From assembly GCA_031425655.1 (NCBI GenBank), contig JANPJS010000106.1, positions 1-27,469 on the forward strand: DNA of 27,469 bases, written 5' to 3'. The position numbers were made by a program, and so were the translations under genes. A model generated the notes under the pieces. That model saw only the letters and a program-made list of their open reading frames with translations. It made no database searches and was not told the origin of the DNA. Below, one piece after another: positions 17,562 through 26,015 of this stretch. Source of the stretch: Abditibacteriaceae bacterium. GTDB taxonomy: Bacteria > Armatimonadota > Abditibacteriia > Abditibacteriales > Abditibacteriaceae. Numbering within the stretch: position 1 is the stretch's first letter; the number at the start of each line of letters is the position of its first letter.

Positions 17562-20025
17562 CAACATTGGCAAAAAATGGGATGGCAAAAAATGGTTTTT
17601 ATTTTTTGCCCTCCCATTTTTTGCCATCATAGCCCAAGCCGGGCCGATGGTGCATCACATCGAATACGTCACGCCACGCGCGGGCCAACGCGGCACCACG
17701 GTAGAAGTGTTGTTGGAAGGCGCTTATCTCAAAGAGCCGCGCGAAATTCTCTTTTTTCGGCCCGGTATCAAGTGCGTCGAAGTGAAAGCTTTGCCGTCGC
17801 TGACCTCGCGGCGCGGTATGGCTCATAGCGGTTTTATCGAGGACAACGTGCGCTGTCGTTTTGAAATCGCGCCCGATTGTCCACTCGGTTTGCACCCCTT
17901 CAAGCTACGCACGGCTACCGAGTTGACCATGATAAGCACCTTCGCCGTCACCGCATTTCCGAACGTGGACGAAGGCGAAGACAAGCAGGGCAGCGACGAT
18001 TCGCCAGCAACGGCTAAGGAAATTTCGCTCAATACGACGGTGCGAGGCCGCATGGACAGCGCGCAAATAGCCGATGTGGATTTGTATCGCGTGAGCGGGA
18101 AAGCAGGCCAGCATCTTTCGGTCGAAGTGGATTCCGTCTGGCTGACCGAAAAGTTTTACGGCGGCTCCGAATTCGATTTAGTAGCGCGTTTGCTGGATGC
18201 CGAAGGCCGCGAACTGGCGCGAAACGACGACAGCGCGCTGCATTTGCAAGACCCCATTGTTTCCACGTTGCTGCCGCGCGACGGCGATTACTTCGTCGAG
18301 GTGAAACAGCGCGTTTTTAATCGCGGCAGCAACTGTTATTATCTGGCGCACATCGGCACGAATTCGCGCCCACTGGCCGCTTATCCGGCAGGTGGCCCAG
18401 CCGGAAAACCGCTGCAAACCACGCTGCTTGGCGATCCGGCGGGAGCGATGCCAAAAACCATCGCATTGCCCGCCAGCGCAGGCGATTTCGCATTTCTTGA
18501 CGATATGCCTTCGCCTCTGCCGCTGCGCGTGAGCAACTACGACAATGTGCTGGAAGCGGGCGACGAAACACCCGTAAAAACTCTGCCCGCTGCGCTCAAC
18601 GGCATCATCGAACAAGCGGGCGATGAGGATACTTTTCGCATCAGCGCGAAAAAAGGCGAACGCTGGTGCGTGCGCGTTTTTGCACGTTCATTGGGCACGC
18701 CACTCGATCCGCGCCTCGCTATTCGCCGCGCCGGGGAAGAAACCATTGAAATCGAAGGCGACGACGCCTCGCTCGAAGCGCGTGGTTTGTATGGCATGGC
18801 GGGCCAGATTCAGCGCAAGGAAAAAATGGATCCCTCGCTGGTTTGGGAGCCAAAAACCGACGGCGATTACACGCTAACCATCTCTGATATGCGCGGACTT
18901 GGCGATGCGCTTTCGGTTTATCGCGTCGAAATCGAGCCGGTGCGCGATGAAATCAACACCTTCCTCTTCGCGTCGGTCATTGACAGCGTGGAATGTCCGC
19001 GTCTCACCAGCATCGCTGTTCCACAGGGCAATCGTTGGAACGTAAGCGTCAAACTTTCCGAAGGTCAGGGCAATCGTTATAAAGGCGAACTCGAACTGGT
19101 AGCCGACGGCCTGCCCAAAGGCGTAACGATGATCGCGCCGCGCATCGCGGCGGGCGCCAAGCAAACGCAAGTGCAATTCGTCGCCGAGGCCGATACGCCA
19201 CCGCAAGTCGCGCTGATAACTCTGCAATGCAAAGCCGTGGACGGCACACCAGTTGTCAGTCGCTCGCAGCAGGGTTTTCCATTTCTCAACCACTCCGGCG
19301 GGCACGCCTGGCATTCGTTCGTGGTTGACAAATATGCGCTCGCCGTCACCGAAGCGGCGCCGTTTACCTTCGATTTGGCGCAGCCGCAGCTTTCGCTTTC
19401 GCAGAACGGCGAATTGTCTTTACCCGTGAAAGTCACGCGCCGGCCCGGTTTCGACGAAGCGCTGGAATTTCAGTGCGACTGGCTGCCGCCCGGCGTGCAA
19501 AGCGAGCCAACGGTAACGATTCCCGCCGGGCAATCTACAGGCATGATGCGCATTACCGCCGATTCGGGCGCGCGGCCCGCAAAATGGCAACTCGCCGTTA
19601 CTGCTTCCACGACCGGCGGCTCCTATTATCTCGGCGCCGGGCGCATGCGCTGCGCCACGAATTTCGTTGATCTCGTTATCGCCGAGCCTTATGTCGTGCT
19701 GAAAAATAATCCGACTGCCGTGCGGCGCGGCGGCAAAGCCGAGGTGGTGTGGGATGTCGAAAACAAAAAACCCTTCGAGGGCGAAGCGCGGGCCATTCTT
19801 CTCGGTTTGCCCAAAGGCGTCAGCGTAGTCGGCGCCCCAAAACTCAAAGCCGGCGACGCGAAATTGACATTTGAAATCACCGCCACCGATGAAGCGTTGT
19901 TGGGCCAATACAAAGAATTGACTTGCGAAATCGTCGTAAAGGAACGCGGTCAGGAAATCCGTCAGCGCAGCGGCAAAGGCATTCTGCGCGTAGACCCGGC
20001 GCTGGTTAAAACGACCAAAAGCTGA
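17536..20025 (+). CDS. Secreted PPC (pre-peptidase C-terminal) domain-containing protein of the DUF1501/DUF1549 operon
   Basis: P.AGQRGTTVEV, DVDLYRVSGKAGQHLSVEV, ELARNDDS..DP, LPAALNGIIEQAGDEDTF, ARSLGTPLDP. Start uncertain: ATG 17536 gives a signal peptide, ATG 17647 does not. Confidence 0.8.
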   Translation: MFISPAFVNNIGKKWDGKKWFLFFALPFFAIIAQAGPMVHHIEYVTPRAGQRGTTVEVLLEGAYLKEPREILFFRPGIKCVEVKALPSLTSRRGMAHSGFIEDNVRCRFEIAPDCPLGLHPFKLRTATELTMISTFAVTAFPNVDEGEDKQGSDDSPATAKEISLNTTVRGRMDSAQIADVDLYRVSGKAGQHLSVEVDSVWLTEKFYGGSEFDLVARLLDAEGRELARNDDSALHLQDPIVSTLLPRDGDYFVEVKQRVFNRGSNCYYLAHIGTNSRPLAAYPAGGPAGKPLQTTLLGDPAGAMPKTIALPASAGDFAFLDDMPSPLPLRVSNYDNVLEAGDETPVKTLPAALNGIIEQAGDEDTFRISAKKGERWCVRVFARSLGTPLDPRLAIRRAGEETIEIEGDDASLEARGLYGMAGQIQRKEKMDPSLVWEPKTDGDYTLTISDMRGLGDALSVYRVEIEPVRDEINTFLFASVIDSVECPRLTSIAVPQGNRWNVSVKLSEGQGNRYKGELELVADGLPKGVTMIAPRIAAGAKQTQVQFVAEADTPPQVALITLQCKAVDGTPVVSRSQQGFPFLNHSGGHAWHSFVVDKYALAVTEAAPFTFDLAQPQLSLSQNGELSLPVKVTRRPGFDEALEFQCDWLPPGVQSEPTVTIPAGQSTGMMRITADSGARPAKWQLAVTASTTGGSYYLGAGRMRCATNFVDLVIAEPYVVLKNNPTAVRRGGKAEVVWDVENKKPFEGEARAILLGLPKGVSVVGAPKLKAGDAKLTFEITATDEALLGQYKELTCEIVVKERGQEIRQRSGKGILRVDPALVKTTKS
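17568..17626. repeat. Intergenic palindromic element 2 (short loop)
   Basis: 26-bp arms 17568-17593 and 17601-17626, complementary at 25/26, 7-nt loop. Confidence 0.9.
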
Positions 20026-20140
20026 ATGGCAAAAAATTGTTGGGCAAAAAATGATAGTCAGATAAATTCAGACAAATAATAGTGGACTGAGGTTAAACCG
20101 CATTTACAGACCATTTTTTGCCCAACAATTTTTTGCCATT
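20025..20140. repeat. Intergenic palindromic element 3 (long loop)
   Basis: Perfect 29-bp inverted repeat AATGGCAAAAAATTGTTGGGCAAAAAATG at 20025-20053/20112-20140, 58-bp loop. Confidence 0.92.
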
Positions 20141-20150
20141 TAAATTACAA

Positions 20151-22385
20151 ATGAAGCCGAACATGAATCATAAAATTTGGTATTTATGCGTTTTTGCGAT
20201 CCTGCTCTGGCTGCCACGCGCCGCGTTCGCCGCCGATGCGCCACAAGCTCCCAGTTTTCGCCGCGATGTGATGCCGGTTTTTTTGCGCGCCGGCTGCAAT
20301 CAGGGCACATGTCACGGTGCGGCGCGCGGCAAAGACGGCTTCATGCTCTCGCTTTTCGGCTACGATGCCAAAGGCGACTATTATCGCATCACGCAGGAAC
20401 AAATTGGGCGGCGCCTCAATCTCGCGGTGCCCGAAGAAAGTCTGCTGCTGCTCAAAGCCACCGGCAAAGTGCCGCACACCGGCGGCGAGTTGTTCACCAA
20501 AGATACCGCGTATTACAAAACGCTGCTGCGCTGGATCGAAGCCGGCGCGCTGGACGACGATCAAGCTGTGGCAATGCCGGTCGAAATCACTTTGACGCCT
20601 GATAATATGCTTTTCCAGAGCGGCAAAGGCACGCAGCAGTTGAAAGTGAACGCACGCTATTCGGATGGCACAACGCGCGATGTCACCGACCTCGCGCTTT
20701 TTGCGACGAACAATCCCAGCACGGCCAAAATCAGCAAAACCGGCATGGTAACCGTCACCGGACGCGGCGACACCTTTGTTTTCGCGCGTTTTAATCGCTT
20801 CACTGTCGGCGCCGAAGTTATCGTGTTGGCACCGGACAAAGGTTACAAATGGACGAATCCGCCGGTGCAGAATTCTCTGGACGCCGTTGTCTACGACCGC
20901 TTGCAAAAACTACGGCTTTTACCTTCGGATTTATGCGATGACGAAACGTTTTTGCGCCGCGCCAATCTTGACCTTACCGGCAACTTGCCAAGCGTGGCCG
21001 AATATCGCGCGTTCGTGGCCGATACCAACCCGAAAAAACGCAGCGCGCTTGTGGATCAGCTCATCAAAAGCGATGCTTTCACCGACTTGTGGACGGATTT
21101 ATGGGCTGAAATGCTGCGTGTCAAAGGCGGCGGCTACGCGCCCACTGCCACCGACACCAAAGCGGCGGAGGCTTATTACGACTGGATTCACGAACAAATG
21201 GCGAAAAATCGCCCGCTCAACGAATTCGTGGCCGATCAAATCACTGGAACCGGCAGCAATCTCACCAACGGCCCGGCTAATCTTTACACCATGCTGGTGC
21301 ATGACGTGAGATTTACGCCGAAAAACTTCGCCGCCGATGCCTCGCAGCTTTTCACCGGCGTGCGTATTCAATGCGCCGAGTGCCACAATCACCCCTCCGA
21401 CCGCTGGACACAGGACGATTATTACGGCTGGGTTAGTTTTTTCACCGGAATTCAGCGCAAACTCGGCTCGGAACCGCGCGAATTTTACATTTACAACGAT
21501 CCGTCGGCACCGCCCGCCAAGCACGCCGTAGACGACCGCCCAATGCCGCCCACTGTTTTGGGTGGCGAAGCGCCGGTGCCTAAAAGCAACGACCCGCGCA
21601 AGGCCTTAGCCGCGTGGCTGACTTCGCCGAAAAACGAGCTTTTTTCTCGCAATCTGGCTAATCGTATCTGGGCGCATCATATGGGGCGCGGCCTTATTGA
21701 GCCGCTCGACGACATCCGCGTCAGCAACCCTCCCACCAATAAAGCGCTGCTGGATGCTCTGGCGGCGCGCTTAGCCAAAAACAACTTCGACTTGCGTGAT
21801 TTAGTCCGCGAAATTTGTAATTCGCGCGTTTATCAATTGTCGGCGAAGCCCAACGCCACGAATGCAAGCGATAATCGCCAATTTTCGCGTTCGCAACTGC
21901 GCCGAATGCGCGCCGATGTGTTGCTTGATGCTATCGTGAAGGCTACTAACAGCGAGCGGAACTTCAATTATTTCCCCAAAGGCATCAAAGCGATTCAGCA
22001 ATATCCGCGCTCGGACGGCGACACCAACAGCCCGCATACCGGCGACTCATTTTTCACGATTTTCGGACGCGCCGGACGCGCCAGCGTAAATGTGGACGAC
22101 ACCAAAATGGAGCCGACGCTTTCGCAAACGCTGCATTTTATCGCCGGAGAAACGGTGCAAAACCAAATCAACGGCGGGCAAGTCGTTCCCAAACTCCTCG
22201 CCGCCAACACACCACCCGAAGCGATTATCGAGGAACTTTATATTCGCGCCCTGTCGCGGAAACCCGCAGTTGGCGAACTTAAAGCGATGCTCGAACTTGT
22301 CGGCACCAACCCGCGCGACCGCAAAGCCTACGAGGACATCTTTTTCGGCCTGCTCAACTCAACCGAGTTTCTTTTCAATCACTGA
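20151..22385 (+). CDS. DUF1549/DUF1553 (PSD1-type) protein with Ig-like domain and heme-binding motifs
   Basis: SFRRDVMPVF.RAGCNQGTCHG, DDETFLRRA.LDLTG.LP, IQCAECHNHP.DRWTQDDYY, NRIWAHHMGRGLIEP.DD, LLNSTEFLFNH; start 20151 or 20163. Confidence 0.88.
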   Translation: MKPNMNHKIWYLCVFAILLWLPRAAFAADAPQAPSFRRDVMPVFLRAGCNQGTCHGAARGKDGFMLSLFGYDAKGDYYRITQEQIGRRLNLAVPEESLLLLKATGKVPHTGGELFTKDTAYYKTLLRWIEAGALDDDQAVAMPVEITLTPDNMLFQSGKGTQQLKVNARYSDGTTRDVTDLALFATNNPSTAKISKTGMVTVTGRGDTFVFARFNRFTVGAEVIVLAPDKGYKWTNPPVQNSLDAVVYDRLQKLRLLPSDLCDDETFLRRANLDLTGNLPSVAEYRAFVADTNPKKRSALVDQLIKSDAFTDLWTDLWAEMLRVKGGGYAPTATDTKAAEAYYDWIHEQMAKNRPLNEFVADQITGTGSNLTNGPANLYTMLVHDVRFTPKNFAADASQLFTGVRIQCAECHNHPSDRWTQDDYYGWVSFFTGIQRKLGSEPREFYIYNDPSAPPAKHAVDDRPMPPTVLGGEAPVPKSNDPRKALAAWLTSPKNELFSRNLANRIWAHHMGRGLIEPLDDIRVSNPPTNKALLDALAARLAKNNFDLRDLVREICNSRVYQLSAKPNATNASDNRQFSRSQLRRMRADVLLDAIVKATNSERNFNYFPKGIKAIQQYPRSDGDTNSPHTGDSFFTIFGRAGRASVNVDDTKMEPTLSQTLHFIAGETVQNQINGGQVVPKLLAANTPPEAIIEELYIRALSRKPAVGELKAMLELVGTNPRDRKAYEDIFFGLLNSTEFLFNH

Positions 22386-22509
22386 CTTTGGCAAAAAATG
22401 GGATGGCAAAAAATGGTTTTTGGAGCATTTGCGACTCACTTTTCTGATAAATCCTACATACATTCAACTCTAAGCCATTTTTTGCCATCCCATTTTTTGC
22501 CAAAGTCAG
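22382..22509. repeat. Intergenic palindromic element 4 (long loop)
   Basis: Perfect 35-bp inverted repeat CTGACTTTGGCAAAAAATGGGATGGCAAAAAATGG at 22382-22416/22475-22509, 58-bp loop; includes the upstream TGA. Confidence 0.93.
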
Positions 22510-22528
22510 CATACACATCATCACGTCC

Positions 22529-23893
22529 ATGAAATTCATTTTTGCTTCGTTGTTTTTCGCCGCGTGTGCCGTTTCCGCCGCCGAGCCTGTCGTCACTTAC
22601 GACGAGCATATCAAGCCGATTTTTCGTGAACATTGCCTGAAATGTCACGGTGACGACACGCAGAAGGCCGGTTTCAATTTTTCGACTTACGAAGCCGTGC
22701 TCAAAGGCGGCAACGGCGGCCCGGCTGTGGTGGCCGGACGCGCCAGCACCAGTTTGGTATTTCAGGCCATCACATCCGAAGACGACGCCGTGCGAATGCC
22801 GCCCAACAAACCGCCGATTCCAGCGGCACAAACGGAACTGATTCGCGCATGGATTCAAAGCGGCCTGCGCGAAAATGCCGGGGGCAAGTCACTGGCCGGT
22901 GAACGGGACATCGGTTTCAAACCCACCGCTGCCAAACTCGACGGCCCGCCGCCGGTGCCGGAAAACTGGCCAGCTTACACTGCGCCGCCAACGCGCCGCT
23001 CTTTGCCCATCGTGGCGATGGCATCCAGCCCCGTCGCGCCGGTTTTGGCTGTGGCCGGCTACGCGCAAGTGCGCTTCGTGGATTTGAACACCCAGCAACC
23101 GCTCGGCGCGCTGCCGTTTCCCGAAGGCCAACCCAATGTCATTCGCTTCAGTCAGGATGGCCGCGTGCTGATGGTGGCGGGCGGCAAGCCGGTGCAATCC
23201 GGCAGCGTGGTGCTTTACGATGTGAAAAGCGGCAAGCGACTGACTGCCGTGGGCGATGAAACCGACGCAGTGCTGGCCGCCGATCTTAGCCCCGATCAGA
23301 AACTCATCGCATTGGGCGGCTCCGGCAAAATCGTGAAGGTTTATGGCACCGAAGACGGCAAACTGCGCTACAAACTCACCAAGCACACCGAATGGATCAC
23401 TTCCGTCGCTTTCAGTCCCGATGGCAAGGTGCTGGCAAGCGCCGACCGCGCCGGCGGCATTCATCTCTGGGACAGCGCCAGCGGCGGCATTTTACTGACG
23501 TTGGCCGAACACAAAGCCGCCGTGCGCGCTCTGGCGTGGCGCGCTGACAACCGAATGCTCGCCAGTGGCGGCGAAGATGGTCAACTTATCTGGTGGGACG
23601 CCAAGGACGGCTGGCCCGCCATTCTCAAGAACAACGCGCATCCTCCCGCGCGTCCGGCGGGAGTTTTCGGCAAGATTCCCAACGGCGTGTTGTCACTCGC
23701 TTTTGGCCCGTCGGGCGAGCTTCTCAGCACGGGCCGCGATTATCAGGTGCGTCTGTGGAACGCCGAAGGCCGCGCCGTGAAATCTTTCGCAAGTGCGGCC
23801 TCGCTACCCCTTCAATCCGCGATTCGCAACGATGGCAAAACCTTAGTCGCCGGTGACGCCGCTGGAGAATTACGCTACTGGCCCGTGCCGTGA
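22529..23893 (+). CDS. Planctomycete-type cytochrome c domain plus WD40-repeat protein
   Basis: Signal peptide; [18 protein letters not shown] (CxxCH), RMPP, LIRAWI; WD repeats such as [30 protein letters not shown]. Confidence 0.88.
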   Translation: MKFIFASLFFAACAVSAAEPVVTYDEHIKPIFREHCLKCHGDDTQKAGFNFSTYEAVLKGGNGGPAVVAGRASTSLVFQAITSEDDAVRMPPNKPPIPAAQTELIRAWIQSGLRENAGGKSLAGERDIGFKPTAAKLDGPPPVPENWPAYTAPPTRRSLPIVAMASSPVAPVLAVAGYAQVRFVDLNTQQPLGALPFPEGQPNVIRFSQDGRVLMVAGGKPVQSGSVVLYDVKSGKRLTAVGDETDAVLAADLSPDQKLIALGGSGKIVKVYGTEDGKLRYKLTKHTEWITSVAFSPDGKVLASADRAGGIHLWDSASGGILLTLAEHKAAVRALAWRADNRMLASGGEDGQLIWWDAKDGWPAILKNNAHPPARPAGVFGKIPNGVLSLAFGPSGELLSTGRDYQVRLWNAEGRAVKSFASAASLPLQSAIRNDGKTLVAGDAAGELRYWPVP

Positions 23894-23894
23894 A

Positions 23895-23953
23895 TGGCAA
23901 AAAATTGAATGGCAAAAAATGAAATTTTATTTTTTGCCCAACATTTTTTGCCA
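23895..23953. repeat. Intergenic palindromic element 5 (short loop)
   Basis: TGGCAAAAAATTGAATGGCAAAAAAT (23895-23920) and ATTTTTTGCCCAACATTTTTTGCCA (23929-23953), 8-nt loop. Confidence 0.88.
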
Positions 23954-23962
23954 AGAGAATCT

Positions 23963-24904
23963 ATGAAACGCTCTATGAGTCGCCGCACTTTTCTTTCTCA
24001 AGCCGCCGCCGTTGTCGCCTCGCCCGCTTTGGCGCAAACCGCGCCGACGTTGCGCGTGGTAGACGCGCACACGCATTTTTACGACCCGACACGCCCCGAA
24101 GGCGTGCCGTGGCCGGGCAAAGGCACGCCGCTTTACCGTCGCGTTCTACCTAAAGACTGGCTCGCCGTCGCCGCGCCGCACGGCGCCCACGAAACTATAG
24201 CTGTGGAGGCCAGCGCGTGGCTGGAAGACAATCAATGGATTCTCGATGTCGCTGCCGTCAACAAATCCATTGTCGGCTTCGTCGGGCATCTGCTGCCGCA
24301 CGAAACGGACTTTGCAAAGCATTTGAAACGCTTCGCCCCCAACCCGATTTTTCGTGGCATCCGCGTCAGCGGCAACGATTTTCTTGAAAACGTGGACAAA
24401 GCGGAGTTTCACAGCGGCGTAAAATTAATGGCCGATTTGGGTCTTACGCTCGACATCAACGGCGCGCCGTCCCTGCATCAGCATTCGGCAAAGCTGGCCG
24501 CCGCAGTTCCCGAATTGCGCATCGTGATCAATCACGTCGGCATTGCCGGCGATGCCGCGCATCTCAGCGACAAATGGCGGAGCGGCATGAAAGCGCTCGG
24601 CGCACAGAAGAACGTCTTTTGCAAAGTCTCAGCGCTGATGGAGCAAACCGACGCCTCCAACAAAGGCCCCGCCTTCGCCCCGCGCGATACGGCCTATTAC
24701 AAGCCCATCCTCGATCAGTGTTGGAATTGCTTCGGCGAAGACCGCCTCATCTACGGCAGCAACTGGCCAGTGTGCGAAAAAGCCGGCTCCTACGCCGATC
24801 AATTCAAAATTGTCAGCGAATACTTCAGCGCTAAAGGTCGCACGGCAAGCGAAAAGTATTTTTTGAAAAACTCGCTAACGGCCTACCGTCAGTTGCCCCA
24901 ATAA
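23963..24904 (+). CDS. Tat-exported amidohydrolase family protein (Amidohydro_2, sugar lactonase-like)
   Basis: SRRTFL Tat signal; VDAHTHFYDP, FRGIR, VINHVG, NVFCKVS, FGEDRLIYGSNWPV. Confidence 0.88.
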   Translation: MKRSMSRRTFLSQAAAVVASPALAQTAPTLRVVDAHTHFYDPTRPEGVPWPGKGTPLYRRVLPKDWLAVAAPHGAHETIAVEASAWLEDNQWILDVAAVNKSIVGFVGHLLPHETDFAKHLKRFAPNPIFRGIRVSGNDFLENVDKAEFHSGVKLMADLGLTLDINGAPSLHQHSAKLAAAVPELRIVINHVGIAGDAAHLSDKWRSGMKALGAQKNVFCKVSALMEQTDASNKGPAFAPRDTAYYKPILDQCWNCFGEDRLIYGSNWPVCEKAGSYADQFKIVSEYFSAKGRTASEKYFLKNSLTAYRQLPQ

Positions 24905-25018
24905 CTGCGAAGAAGGAACATAAACATACCGAAGCAAAAACGAATCAACCTTTTGTGCAATATGGCTTCCCGTTCTTTCCGTCTTCCCGCTTAAAACGGC
25001 CAGACCGCGTAAGAGGAG

Positions 25019-25948
25019 TTATTTCAGGCTGACGGCGATTTTCTGCGTTTGGGCATCGGACAAGCCCAGAACTAAGTAACGACTGCCGTTTTGTTGCACG
25101 AACCAGCCGCCGCCCGCACGCCGCGCCGGCACAGCCACGCTGTCGCCGGTGCGCTGCTGAAAAATCGAAAAGCGATTGATGCCGTTGGCGTAACGCAGCC
25201 AGGCCTCGCCCTTGCCTCCGGCGCCGTTGGGATCAACGACGGCGCTCTCGAAATTGTAGCCGCGCGGCACAAAGCCGGGAATTTGCAGCCAGTTCGCGGC
25301 GCGTTGCGCGGCTCCGCGTTCGTTGAAAAGCGTGCCATTGGTGCGCGTGATGTTCGCGCCGGCGGGCGGCGACCATTGAAATTGATTGTCCGCGATGGGG
25401 GCGAAAACCACTTTTTGCAGCGTCATGGTTTGCCCGGCAAGGCCAGTGTGTTCGACGCGCAAACGCGCAAAATTCTTCTGATCAATCCACACTTTCCAAG
25501 CTGGCTGCGCTTTGCCGCGCGGTGTAAGTTCGACAATCCACGCCGCGCGCCCAGCGATGTTGCCGCCGCCTGAGAGACTCGCGGCCATCGAACGTCCCAG
25601 ACGATTCCAGTCAATTTCCGCCGTGCCGCGCGTTTGCACGGCACTGTTTTCGGCGCGGTGATATTGCCAGACGCTTTGGCCGTCGTCCGCCAGCACATCG
25701 CCACGCATAACGGGCGGAGCCATCCATTCCAAGCGCTTTTTGTCGCCGGAGCGCCAGACTTTGATAATCATCGGCGGCGCCGCAGGCCGCGTAATCTGCA
25801 TCGTCCCGCTGTAATTGAGATTTTTTTGCGCGCCGACCATTGAACGCAGCAAATCCGCCGCGTTTGGCGCCGCGTGCGACGGCAGTGACAAGGGCAGCAA
25901 CACAAATGGAACGAAGAATCGGTGTTTCGCGGGAAAATTGATTTTCAA
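25019..25948 (-). CDS. MucB/RseB-like periplasmic sigma-E regulatory protein (LolA-like fold)
   Basis: Signal peptide; LNYSGT, RLEW.AP, IAGRAAWIVELTP, VWIDQ, LRYANGINRFSIFQ; follows the anti-sigma gene. Start inferred (TTG 25948 or GTG 25957). Confidence 0.75.
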   Translation of the reverse strand: MKINFPAKHRFFVPFVLLPLSLPSHAAPNAADLLRSMVGAQKNLNYSGTMQITRPAAPPMIIKVWRSGDKKRLEWMAPPVMRGDVLADDGQSVWQYHRAENSAVQTRGTAEIDWNRLGRSMAASLSGGGNIAGRAAWIVELTPRGKAQPAWKVWIDQKNFARLRVEHTGLAGQTMTLQKVVFAPIADNQFQWSPPAGANITRTNGTLFNERGAAQRAANWLQIPGFVPRGYNFESAVVDPNGAGGKGEAWLRYANGINRFSIFQQRTGDSVAVPARRAGGGWFVQQNGSRYLVLGLSDAQTQKIAVSLK

Positions 25949-26015
25949 TTGAATCACTTCCAAAAACAGCAGGCCATCCCGCTCTGCGAGATGGCCCGAA
26001 AATCCAACGCGATTT

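Noticed and set aside
20118..20150. ORF-track start at TTG 20118 (MPNNFLPF...)
   Set aside because: It lies inside the right arm of element 3; the signal peptide fits ATG 20151 or 20163 better.
16652..23953. The five palindromes as a CRISPR array
   Set aside because: Units are inverted pairs separated by whole genes, not direct repeats with 30-40-bp spacers, and there are no cas genes in the window.
16652..23953. The five palindromes as integron attC sites
   Set aside because: No RYYYAAC/GTTRRRY core boxes, no integrase in the window, and the genes form a coherent conserved operon.
16652..23953. The five palindromes as intrinsic terminators
   Set aside because: Stems are long and A/T-rich with loops up to ~60 nt, lack a trailing U-tract, and lie between co-oriented genes of one module.
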